Of a DNA stretch of 64,000 bases, positions 26,179 through 37,979 are shown one piece after another. The translations under genes were made by a program, and so were the position numbers. Position 1 is the stretch's first letter; every line of letters begins with the position of its first letter. This DNA is from Sphyrna mokarran (taxonomy: Eukaryota). A model generated the notes under the pieces. That model was not told where the DNA came from. It did no database searches and saw only the letters and a program-made list of their open reading frames with translations. The stretch is taken from contig JAGIQG010000004.1 in the NCBI GenBank assembly GCA_024679065.1, positions 62,806,001-62,870,000 of the forward strand, read 5' to 3'.

Positions 26179-27096
26179 ATGGGTGTGAGGCCAGCATGTT
26201 GTTGCCAGTGTAACATGTGGGAGGTCTTGGAGGCTCCTGGTCTCCCAGATGTCCATACCTGTGATCGCTGTGTGGAGCTGCACTCCCTACGGGACCAGGT
26301 AAAAGAACTGAAAATGCAGCTTGAGGACCTTCGACTCATTAGGGAGAATGAGGAGATTATTGATAGGAGCTACAGACAAGTAGCACACCAGGGCAAAGGG
26401 AAGAAGGCACATGGGTAACTATTAGGAACGGGAAACCTCAGGTGATGGAGAGTACACCGGTGGATGTCCCCCTTCAAAATAAGTACTCTTGCCTGAGTAC
26501 TACTGTGGGGGACAGCTCATCCAAGGGAGGCAGCGGTGGCCAGCTCCCTGGAGCTGAACAAAAACAAAAAACTAAAAAACAGAGCAAAAAGGCAGTGCTT
26601 ATAGGGGACTCCCTAGTGAGGGGGGCGGACAGGCGTTTTTGTGGACGCAGACAGGAGTCGCGGATGGTGGTATGTCTCCCTGGAGCTGGGATTCGGGATG
26701 TTTCTGGACATCCCAGACATCCTGAAAGGGGAGGTTGAGGAACTGGAAGTTGTGGTACATATAGGTACTACTGACATAGGCAGGAAGAGGGAAGTGGGCA
26801 TGAACAGGGATTATAGGGAACTGGGTAGGCAGCTGAGGAAGAGGAAAGCGAAGGTAGTAATCTCAGGATTGCTGCCTGCGCCTCTGGAGAGTGAGAGCAG
26901 GAATAGTATGAGGTGGAGGTCGAATACGTGACTGAGGGACTGGAGCAGGGGGCAGGGATTCCGGTTCCTGGATCATTGGGACCTCTTTAGGGGCAGGTGT
27001 GACCTGTACAGCAAAGCCGGGTGGCACCTGAATCCCAGGGGGACTAATATCTTGGCGGGAAGACTGGCTAGGGCTACTGGGGGGACTTTAAACTAG
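26179..27096 (+). pseudogene. CR1 ORF1: Zn finger, coiled coil and SGNH/GDSL esterase domain (frameshifted)
   Basis: CCQC...CDRC, heptad LRDQVKELKMQLEDL, LIGDSLVRG, VVHIGTTD, GWHLN; ends TLN*. Confidence 0.88.
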
Positions 27097-27117
27097 AAAA
27101 GTTAGGGGGAGGGAATA

Positions 27118-29999
27118 GTGATGTGGAGCAAGGAAGTTAGCTCCCAGGTAGGGAAGGACTCTAGGCAGGATGAGAGGCAGGTTAGACGAGTGGGGGAGAA
27201 GGGAAATGTTCAGTCTGAGGGGCTGAGGTGTGTCTATTTTAATGCCAGGAGTGTAGTAAATAAGGTGGATGAACTTAGGGCGTGGATTGCTGCTTGGGAT
27301 TGTGATGTGATGGCCATTACAGAGACTTGGATGTCTCAGGGACACGACTGGGTACTACAGGTCCCGGATTCAGATCCTTCAGGAAGGACAGGGAGGGAGG
27401 CAAAAGAGATGGTGGAGTGGCACTGTTGATCAGGGACAGTGTCATGGCTGCAGAGAAGGTGGATACCGAAGAGGGAATGTCTACGGAGTCTCTGTGGGTG
27501 GAAGTTAGGAATAGCAAAGGGTCGGTGACGTTGCTGGGTATATTCTATAGGCCGCCCAATAGTGACAGGGAAGTTGACGTGCAGATAGGGAAACAGATAC
27601 TGGAGAGATGTAGAAATAATAGAGTTGTTGTGATGGGAGACTTCAATTTCCCAAACATCGACTGGAATATCCCAAGGGTAAGGGGTTTGGATGGGGAGGA
27701 GCTTGTTAGGTGTATTCAGGAGGGTTTCCTGACACAGCACGTGGACAACCCTACGAGTGGAGAAGCTGTACCTGACCTGGTACTAGCTAATGAACCAGGA
27801 CAGGTGATGGATCTCTCGGTAGGAGAGCATCTTGGGGATGGAGATCATAATTCTATCTCCTTCACCCTTGCATTGGAAAAGGATAGGATCAGGCAGGCTA
27901 GAAAGGTGTTTGTCTGGAATAAGGGGAAATATGAAGACATCAGGCAGATGTTGGGGCGAATAAACTGGAAGAAGGTGTTCTTGGGGAAAAGCACAGAAGG
28001 AAGGTGGCAGATATTCAAGGAATGCTTGTCTGGAGCTCTGCACGACAACGTTCCAGTGAGACAAGGAGGTTTTGGTAGGTCGAGGGAACCATGGTGCACG
28101 AAGGTTGTGGTGAACCTAGTCAGGAAGAAAGGAAAGGTGTAATAAAAGGTTCATCTGCTAGGGGATATTGGGGATCTAGAGAAGTATAAGGCTTATAGAA
28201 GAGAGCTTAAAAAGGAAATTAGGAGAGCCAGAAGGGGTCATGAGAAGGCCTTGGCTGGTAGGATTAAAGAGAATCCCAAGTTCTTGTACAAATAAGTGAA
28301 AAGTAAAAGGATGAGAAGAGAAGGGATAGGACCTATAAAAGGTGAAGGGGGAAAAGTCTGTATGGAACCGGAAGAAATGGCAGAGGTGCTTAATGGGTAC
28401 TTTGCCTCAGTATTCACGATGGAAAGTGATCTGGGAGGATGCATTACAAGTTTGCGGCAGACTGAAAAGATTGAGTATGTAGATATTAAGGAAGCGGATG
28501 TGTTAGAACTTTTAAATGTTATCAAGATAGACAAGTCTCCGGGACCAGACGGGATGTACCCCAGGTTATTGCGGGAGGTGAGGGATGTCATTGTAGAGCC
28601 CCTGGCGATGATCTTTGCATCGTCGATGGAGACGGGAGAGGTTCCGGAGGATTGGAGGATTGCGGATGTGGTCCCTATTTTCAAGAAAGGGAACAGGGAT
28701 AGTCCCGGAAATTACCGACCAGTGAGTCTGACCTCAGTGGTTGGAAGGCTGAAGGAGACGCTTCTGAGGGACAAGATTTACGAGCATTTGGAGAAGTTTA
28801 GGTTGATTAGAAATAGTCAGCATGGTTTTGTAAAAGGCAAGTCGTGCCTTACGAGCTTAGTTGAGTTCTTCGAAAATGTGACTGAACACATTGACGAAGG
28901 CAAAGCAGTGGGCGTGGTGTACATGGACTTCTGCAAGGCATTTGACAAGGTCCCCCATGCAAGACTTCTTGAGAAGGTGAGAGGGCATGGGATCCAAGGG
29001 GCTTTGGCCTTGTGGATCCAGAACTGGCTTGCCTGCAGAAGGCAGAGGGTGGTTGTGGATGGCTCTTTTTCTGCATGGAGGTTGGTCACCAGTGGGGTGC
29101 CCCAGGGATCTGTTCTAGGACCCTTGCTGTTTGTCATTTTCATAAATGACCTGGATGAGGAAGTGGAAGGATGGGTGAGTAAGTTCGCCGATGACACGAA
29201 GGTCGGTGGTGTTGTGGATGGTCTGGAGGGATGTCAGAAGTTGCAGCATGACATCGACAGGATGCAAGACTGGCGGAGAAGTGGCAGATGGACTTCAACG
29301 CGGATAAATGTGTTGTGGTCCATTTTGGCAGATCCAACGGGATGAATGAGTACACTATCAAAGTTAGGAGTCTTAGCTGTGTGGAAGAGCAGAGGGATCT
29401 TGGGGTCCGGGTCCATAAGACTCTCAAATCGGCCTCCCAGGTGGAGGATGTGGTTAAGAAAGCTTACGGTGTACTGCCTTCATTCATCGAGGGATTGAGT
29501 TCAGGAGTCAGGAGGTAATGCTGCAGCTTTATAGGACCCTTGTCAGACCACACTTAGAGTACTGTGCGCAGTTCTGGTCGCCTCACTATAGGAAGGACGT
29601 GGAAGCTACTGAAAGGGTGCAGAGGAGACTTACAAGGATGTTGCCTGGTTTGGGAGGCATGCCTTATGAAGACAGGTTGAGGGAGCTGGGACTGTTCTCC
29701 CTGGAGAGACGAAGGTTGAGAGGCGACCTGATAGAGGTTTACAAGATGGTGAGAGGAATAGATAGGGTGGACTCTCAGAGACTATTTCCCAGGGCTGAAA
29801 TGGTCGCGACGAGAGGGCACAGATTTAAGGTGCAGGGAAGCAAGTACAGAGGGGATGCTAGGGGAAAGTTTTTCACTCCGAGGGTGGTGAGTGAATGGAA
29901 TCGGCTGCCGTCGGTGGTGGTCGAGGCGAACTCGCTGGGTCTTTTAAAAGACTTCTGGATGAGTATATGGGATCCAATGGGATTGGGGGTTATAGATAG
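27118..29999 (+). pseudogene. CR1 ORF2: APE endonuclease + reverse transcriptase (disrupted)
   Basis: YFNARS, ITETW, MGDFNFP, GDHN, PGPDG, NYRPVSLTS, QGSVLGP and FADD, spread over several frames. Confidence 0.93.
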
Positions 30000-30550
30000 G
30001 TCTATGGCTGGGTAGGTTTTGATGTGTTTGGCACAACGTGTGGGCCGAAGGGCCTGTTTGTGCTGTAGTGTTCTGTGTTCTATGTTCTAAATGATTCAGT
30101 GGTTAAAATTCAAAATACGTGTTCAATTTATCAGAATAAGTATTGACAAATGTTTTTCTTAAATTAAGTATAATTATGAGCATTCTTTATATTAAAACCT
30201 TGGGTGCTCAATTGTTGACTACATTTCATAAATGCGCTGAACACTGCGGTAGTACTATGCGGCTAAATGACATAGACATCACGTCAGATTATGAAATGTT
30301 AGTTACATCTTATTCAATTCCGCAATAAGTTACAAGAGCCAAATGGCTTACTCCAATGCTTATTTCAACGTTGTCTTTTAGTAAAACTGTTTTCTAGGAT
30401 CTTTGGATGACAATTGTTTTTTTTTCCATTCTTATCCATAATTCTGAATGTTTACATCTTAGATTCAATTTGAAGCGAAAGCATGAAATAAAATCGTAGA
30501 TATAAGTAAACGTATATAGACATAGATGTTTTATCTTTCAATCCATGCAG

Positions 30551-30649
30551 GAAGGAACAGATGTGATGACGCCTGATGCTGAACTGGATATGAATAATTT
30601 CCGGACGGCACCAAAACTAAAACATCAAGAAAGGACAGTTTATGCCCAG
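30551..30649 (+). pseudogene. Gene A cytoplasmic exon with degenerate tyrosine motifs
   Basis: Acceptor ttttatctttcaatccatgcag, phase 0: EGTDVMTPDAELDMNNFRTAPKLKHQERTVYAQ. DAEL is one base from YAEL. No GT at the expected end (CAG|GGAGAT). Confidence 0.55.
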
Positions 30650-31561
30650 GGAGATTTGCAAATAGCAGTGTTTAGACGCAGTCGAACTGCAATAATCAGG
30701 CTGGGATTTCAATGTTTTTGTTTTTGCGTATGCAGTCATCTAAAGGTCAAGTAATAGTTTTCGCAATGCCTGGATGGAATGAAGTCCTCTGATTCCTCGA
30801 CAGGTTTTGCCGGAGAACAATTTTCAGTGATGTGAATCTTTGATTGGAGTGCTGCGCAGCTGCATTCTTTGTTTTTTTGAAATTCACGACGTGAGCCGAT
30901 TTGCTGCACAATAGCCTTGGTCATTGAGGAAAATGATGAGGAGAGTCCAATATCGTCAAAGGGCGGTTAGGTTGTGGGATCTGTGATTTTTTTGAAAATT
31001 TTGTTGTATTGGTTCCTTTCACGCTGATATAGGCTTTCTCGTGATATGTCTTGGCATTATGGCATTGATCATGGAGGCTGGTGCGAAATGAGAACAATAA
31101 ATTGTATTGGTAATTTCCGTGTGTAGCAGCTAATTGGACTGATGTAAAACTTCTCAATGAGCCGCCATGTTGCAATATCCCTCCTTATCAGAGATGGCGC
31201 GATGTTGATCACGACTGGGAACCAGGGAAGTTTAATTGAGCGGAGGCAACCAAGTTGATATGCATTGTTATATTCATCTGGGTATCTTCGAAATAAATAG
31301 AGGGTGAGTTCTCAATCCTGGTGCACAGTATTCTGTTGTCTAATGGAGGATGGCAATGGCTGAGATCCTTAAGATTTGTGCGCCTGGACAAATTGATGAA
31401 GAGATTATTTCCAAGTTCACTTGAAATGAAATGCTTCCACTGCTGCCTTGAAATTGCTGCACTCATAACAGTTTTATAAATCCTGTCTATTACAATGTTT
31501 TGACGAAGATTAGACTTCTAACATATCGAGCTAATGATTTTTTCTACCAATCTTTATACAG

Positions 31562-31804
31562 ACTAAAACAATTCACCGGGAAAATAAGGTGACCTACGCT
31601 GCGCTAGCGAACGCAGCTCCAAAGAAAGCAGATAAGCCTAATTATAAAGAGAAAAGTACAGTTTATGATTCGCACGGAAAAGCAGAGAGCAGGCACTGGT
31701 CACACGCAAGGAGAGGACGAGTAATATTCTCATTCAACGCAGAATTCGCTGTTATTGATACTTATAGCGAAATGCGACACCATTATGCGAATACCGCGAA
31801 ATGA
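31562..31804 (+). pseudogene. Gene A terminal cytoplasmic exon with ITIM
   Basis: Acceptor tttttctaccaatctttatacag, phase 0: TKTIHRENKVTYAAL...EKSTVYDS...DTYSEM...*. VTYAAL matches the ITIM consensus (I/V/L/S)xYxx(L/V). Confidence 0.7.
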
Positions 31805-33229
31805 GGCAGAGAACGACAGCTCAGAGAAATGCTACAAACCATTATATATAAAAAAGAAACGACTCTTTCAGTAATTTAGGATCAAAAACATGCATTTTCA
31901 AGTACAGCGGATGAGTTCTGTTGGTTCAGTGTGAAGTAAATTTTATGTAATGACTCCTCATAATGCCAGAAAATCGGACTACGAAATCTTCCCCAGTTCT
32001 ACATTGACATAATAGCCTATATTGTTATCTGAAACCTTCTCTGGTAATTGCATCATTAATCTTATCACTCGAAATGTAAAGTTTTGTCACTGGCCCAAGG
32101 CGGGGTTGGAGCAGTATGATTAGGGGCGCAACGAAAGGAGATCAAATACAGCTGATTTTCAATAAATCACTTACTTTCGGAACTTACTGCGGTAAATATG
32201 CTTTAAGGAACTTAACCAACGTGAATGCTTATATGGAGTAAATTCAACAGATAGCGTCAGAGCTTTTTTTTTCCTGATCGATCATTTATTAGTTCGCCAG
32301 CTACTGCCAAGATAAAGTATATTCACATTAACAGTCCGTTTTAACGTTTAATAAATACATGAGTTTGGAATTAAAAAATAAAGAATAAATTAGTCGTGTT
32401 GTGCTGGTCTTCTACGAACTAACCTCAGGACACTTAGGTGCGGGTTACGCTCATTTCTTCAACCTTCATGCATAGAGAGCAGTGTCTCAGTCACTCCAGT
32501 TGCAGCACTCAGATCGAGGAAGAGATTCCTAGATCATTTGTCTATATTTATAATCTCAAACATTGAATATTGTTTTATATTCAATCTTAAGAGCGCATAG
32601 GTTTATTCTTAAACATTTCATCTCATGCAAGTCTGTTATTTCCTCCTGGCAAGAGATTATTTGGCTTTTCTTGACTCCTCTAATTCAATGTCTGTTCTTC
32701 CAAAAACAAGCTGCAATTGAAAAAAAGGCGGAAAAATGAACTATGCAACGAATTATTAAGCGATTGGAGGGAGAAACTGTAAAAAATAATCATGTTAATT
32801 GCCAGCAAAACTGAAATAAATTATGACTATAATAGCCTTGCGTTATGACATGTAATATAAGGAAAGGCATATATGGAGGGAGGGAAGAAATGAAAGCAAA
32901 AATAATTGTTCTGCGATAAAGTGAATGGAATGATTAAGTGACAAAAGGGATAATAATATGGGCGGTAATTGGACTAGAAAAACAAAAAAATTACATCTGG
33001 ATTAATTTTGTGTATTGATTATTGTTTTAACTATTTTGCTTTGAACGTTGCCTAATTGCACTTATGGTTTTTCAAATTAATTCTGTGCCCTAAGTTTCTC
33101 ACACAATGCACTGTAGGAGGAAAAAGATGGAGAGGAAATATAAGTCAAATGGCACCACGTATTTCTTCAGATGACGTGGATATCGCGCACATAAAAAGAA
33201 CGTGCATACCAACTGGCTTATAGGAACGA

Positions 33230-34900
33230 GGATATGAATTAGGAGCAGCAGTAAACCACTCGACCACTCTACCTTATTCTGCCAAACAATAAGAACGTTG
33301 CTGACTGACTGTAATTAAATACCGCATTTCTATCTACCCTAGATAGCCTTTCACTGGTTTATTAATCAAGAAGCAATCTAATCAGCCTTAAAAGACTGCG
33401 CTGCTACTGTCTTTGGAGGATGAGAGTATCAGAGACTCATAACCTTCTCAAAGAAAACAAATTGTATCTCTGACTTAATGTGTGACTTTAAAAAAAAAAA
33501 GACAGTGCCTCCTAGTTTTATAATCTCCTACAAGAGGAAATACTTTTTTCCACAGCCATCTTGCCGATATCCCTTCACGATTTCAATCGAGCCATCTTTT
33601 ATTCTTCTGAACACTGATAATCTCAATGTGAACATTTCTTCATAAAACAATCAGTCCAGTCTTGGTACTCATCCAGTAAACTGCTTCTGACTAATTTACA
33701 TGTTTCCTTAAATAAGGAGACTTCAGTCTCCTTCAGTCTCCTATAACACTTCAGTTGCGAACTCACTAATGCGCTGCAAAACACCCTTACTCCCATAATC
33801 AATTTCCCCTAAAATGAAATGTAACACTTTATTATTTTTTTTCTATTTACCTGCTGTGCCAGCATACTAGCGTTTTGTGACTCACGCACTAGGAAGTTCT
33901 CACCATCCTTTTATTGTTTTAGTTTTTCAAGCGAATATGGTCAATTTCAAGTGTTCGAACATTAAACCCCATTTGCCAGAATTTTGCTGAAACATTTAAC
34001 CCAATTCTTACGCTCTCCTTACAATTTAGATTCCTATTTATGTTTGTCTCATCAGCAAGAATAGCCACCGAACTGCCAGTTCTCTCATATAATTCATGTA
34101 TAAATTGTGGAAGTTGAAGCGCCATTATCGATCCTTGTGATTTCTCAGGGAACGTCAATAAATTGGACAAACATGGGTTTTCTCACAAATCCATACTGAC
34201 TCTGGCAGATTTCTTGAAATTTTCCCAAGTCCCCAAGATCTTTAGCAATTGTTTCCGACAATTTCCCTGTGTTAGTTGTTGATCAAATGACCTGTAGTTT
34301 CCTGTTTTACGTCTGTTGTCCATATTGAATAAAAGAGTTACATTTTTCGGTCTTCCCATATATTGGAACCTTTTCCGAATGTAAAAGGTAAAAGATTTAT
34401 TTATTAGTCACAAGTAAGGCTTAAATTAACACTGCAATAAAGTCAGTGTGAAAGTCCTCTTCCCGCTATATTCTGGCGCCTGCTCGGGTCAATGCACCTA
34501 ACCAGCACGTTTCAAACCATGGGAGGAAACTCCACGCAGATAGTGACCCAAGCTGCGAATCAAAATCAGAACCTTGGAGCTGTGGGAGGGAAGCAGTGCT
34601 AACCACTGTACCACCGTGTCACGTTGGAATTTTGGGGAAAATGGAACATCTATCTAGCCATTTATTTAAGTGATTACAGTTAAGTGTGTTGGGATACGGG
34701 AATTTGTAAGCCACAGACTCAACAATTTGCTTAGTATCACTTTCTTGGTTATTGTAATTTTCCTGAGTTCCTCCAGCCCTCATATTTACTGATTTTCAGC
34801 TGTTTCTGAAATGCTACTTCTGTCCCCTATTGTGAAAACCAACGAAAAAATCTTGTTTTATTCATCCACCATAGCCAGAAGCTGCCTTGCAAATTTCCCA
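33230..34900 (-). mobile_element. Old CR1-like fragment with an inserted SINE (34390-34620)
   Basis: Degenerate reverse-strand RT sequence (FWQMGFNV). SINE head agcagtgctaaccactgtaccaccgtg at ~34600. Confidence 0.6.
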
Positions 34901-35032
34901 AAAGTATTTTGCATATGACTATTGCTCACTTCACTTATTAGCTATTTCCTTATTTCAACATCTGTGGAACCTCTGACTGCCCGCCCTTGCATTAAAGCCA
35001 GCATTCCCATTATTATCAATCGGTTTGCCATT

Positions 35033-35745
35033 CATAGAACATAGAACATAGAACATTACAGCACAGAACAGGCCCTTCGGCCTTCGATGTTGCGCTGACC
35101 AATATAAAAAGCAATGCACCTCCAAACTAAACCATTCCCTTCTCTTCCATATACTTATCAACTAACCTCTTAAACGCCACCAAACTTGGCGCATCTACAA
35201 CTGCTGCAGGCAGGGCATTCCACTCCCGAACCACCCTTTGGGTAAAGAACCTGCCTCTGATATCCGTCCTATAACTATCACCCTTAATTTAAAGCTGTGT
35301 CCCCTCGTGCTAGCTTTCTCCATCCTAGGAAAAAGGCTATCACTGTCCACCCTATCTAAACCTCTAATCATCTTACATGTTTCGATCAGGTCCCCTCTTA
35401 GCCTCCTCCTTTCTAACGAAAACAACCTCAAATCCCAGCCTCTCCTCATAAGACATGCCCTCCATACCAGGCAACATCCTGGTAAACCTCCTCTGTACCC
35501 TCTCCAATGCCTCCCCATCTTTCTTATAATGCGGTGACCAGAACTGCATATGGAAGAGAAGGGAATGGTTTAGTTTGGAGGGGCATTGCTTTTTATTTTG
35601 GTCGGCACAACATCGAAGGCCGAAGGGCCTGTTCTGTGCTGTATTGTTCTATGTTCTATGTTCTATGTTCTAATACTCCAAGTGCGGCCGCACTAGAGTT
35701 TTGTACAGTTGCAACATGACGTTGCGGCTCCGAAATTCAATCCCT
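35033..35745 (-). mobile_element. CR1 3' fragment (subfamily 'A') containing an oppositely oriented ~120-bp CR1 tail (35549-35670)
   Basis: ORF2 C-terminus on the minus strand, broken at gaactgca|...|taatactcc by a plus-strand tail ending (TTCTATG)3. Confidence 0.9.
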
Positions 35746-35849
35746 AATTCGATGGTCTTTCGAGGACAAGTGGGGCCGTGGAGATATTAGCCCCTTACTG
35801 CAGAAGCCCCAGAAATTCTGTAGTTCCCTGAGTCGTATTCGGGGCTTCT

Positions 35850-36180
35850 TGGCAGCACAGTCGTTAGCACTGCTGCTTCACAGCTGCAAGGACCTAGGTT
35901 CTATTCCCGGCTGGGTCAGGTCTGTGTGAAGTTTGCACATTCTCTTCGTATCTGCATGGGTTTCCTGCGGGTGCTCTAGTTTCCTCCCATAGTGTAAAGA
36001 TGTGCAGGTTAGGCTGATTAGGCATGCTAAAAAAAATATCTCCACTGTCCTGAAATGCGTAGATTAGTGGGTAAATATGTAGGGAAATGGGGATAAGGCC
36101 TGGGTGGGATTGTGGTCAGTGCAGACTCAATGGGCCGAATAGCCTCTTTCTGTACTGTAGGGTTTCTAGGATTTTATGTA
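35850..36180 (+). mobile_element. V-SINE/HE1-like SINE
   Basis: tRNA head, V-domain gtttgcacattctc...tttcctcccatag, CR1-like tail. Confidence 0.85.
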
Positions 36181-36311
36181 TCCCATCACTGATATTGGTA
36201 AAGTTTAAAGTGGAATTAAATGTTATTTTAAATCTTAAACCTATGCTTTCTTGTCACTGACTCCAAAATTAAGGGGACAAAAGCAAATTCCTTCCCTTCT
36301 ATCCTATCCAT

Positions 36312-36610
36312 GTGACACACTGGTTAGCACTGCTGGCTCACTGCGCCAGGGACACCGTTTGGGTCAGTGCCTGTATGGATTTTCCACGTTCTTCCCGCGT
36401 CTGCGTATGTTTCTCCCGAGTGCTCTCGCTTCATGCCACAGTCCAAAGATATGCGTATTATATTGATTAGCCATGCTAAATCGCCCCTTTGTGCCTGAAG
36501 GTTAACTCGGGTAAATGCATGGGGTCATAGCGTTTGGGTAGGATTGTGATCTTTGCAGACCCGATGGCCTCAATAGCCTCCTTCTACACTCTAGGATTCT
36601 ATGATTCTAT
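36312..36610 (+). mobile_element. V-SINE/HE1-like SINE
   Basis: Same structure as the 35850 copy but more diverged; ends ctaggattctatgattctat. Confidence 0.8.
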
Positions 36611-37560
36611 ACCCTTCTCAAATTTGCATACCTCAATCAAATCCTGAATGAACCTCCTCTGCTCCACGGAGAATAATATCAGCCTAACTAGTCTTTAATT
36701 AAGTTTAAACCCTCCAGTCTATGCAACATCCTGGTGCCTATCACCTGCATCCTCTCTTTGAGATCACATCTCTCCTATAGCATGGCGCCCAGAAGAGCAC
36801 ACAACATTCTAGCAGTGACCGAACGACTGTTTGATAGAGCGTCATCATAACCTTCTTATTATTATGTTCCATGCCACGGTTAAAAGAGGCAATTAATCGA
36901 TCAGCCCCTTCTTGTCTCCAGACCCGATGCATATCCATCCGTTAAGTGGGAAAAAAAGTGGAACTAAATGATGTGTTGCCTTCTTGTGACTGACTCTGTA
37001 TTTGCAAAGCTCTGTCCGTCTAACCAGGTCATCTCTACCGCCGTGTAATCTAAGATTTCCTTCCTCACTACTTGCCACACCATTACTTCATGTGCCCTTT
37101 GCCAACTTACTGATTACGGAATATTCCCGTCTAGATCATTGAATTACAAAAAGAAAAATAGGATCCAGCACCAATCCCTGTGTTACATCACTGGATACAG
37201 ACTTCCGGTCACGAAAATAATATTCGATTCCCACCGTCTGATTTCTGCCACGAAGTCAATTTTGATTTCCAACTTGCCAAATTGCCTTGGATTTCATGGA
37301 CTCTTACTTCTTTGATCATTTTTCTTGTATGCGACATTGTGAAACGCCTTAGTGATGTCCGTGTAGAGTATATTAACTGCCCTGCCCCCATCGACACATT
37401 CACTTACCACCTCGAAACATGCAATCATCTTGATAGACGCGATTTACCGTTAACAAACGGCAAATCACCAGGCCCTTCTTGGCTAACCCCCGCCCCCCCC
37501 CCCCCCCCAAATAGAGATTAATTATGTCCCTCATATTTTTTCTAAATAATTTCCTGCCAT
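36611..37560 (-). mobile_element. Old CR1 RT fragment
   Basis: Minus-strand LYQTVVRSLLECCVLFWAPCYRRD and VRVHEIQGNLASW. Confidence 0.7.
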
Positions 37561-37979
37561 GGTATTAAATTCTCTGACATGTAATGGCTTGCGATTAGCA
37601 ACTGAAAACCAGATATTCAGCAAAACTAGTTACCTGTCTTATCGTGTAGGCAGACATAATACTGGTATGCCTAATCCCACTGCCATTTACATATTGCCAG
37701 TTGTCCCTGGCCCCTGCTCTCATCTCCACCACCTCGGCGCCCCCATGTTGCCCCTATGCCCATTGGAATCAAGTTTCCGACTAGCTGTTTGGTTGCTCAC
37801 CCAAACCCTTTTTTCATTTCTTCATTTTCCACTCAGTAACATTCTTCTTATCGTATTTGGCAGAGAAAAAAAGAAAATCGAATTCCAAAATGTCTCCACA
37901 GCCCTGATACAATTATCTATTGACTGCCACTAACTAAAATTGTGAACAATGTTTATGGTCCAGGAGGTCAATGCACAAA

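Larger units (their letters stand above)
25771..30089 (+). mobile_element. Full-length CR1 LINE (subfamily 'B') in an intron of gene A
   Basis: ~400-nt 5'UTR, ORF1, ORF2 and a (TTCTATG)-type tail. A few frameshifts and stops. Confidence 0.95.
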
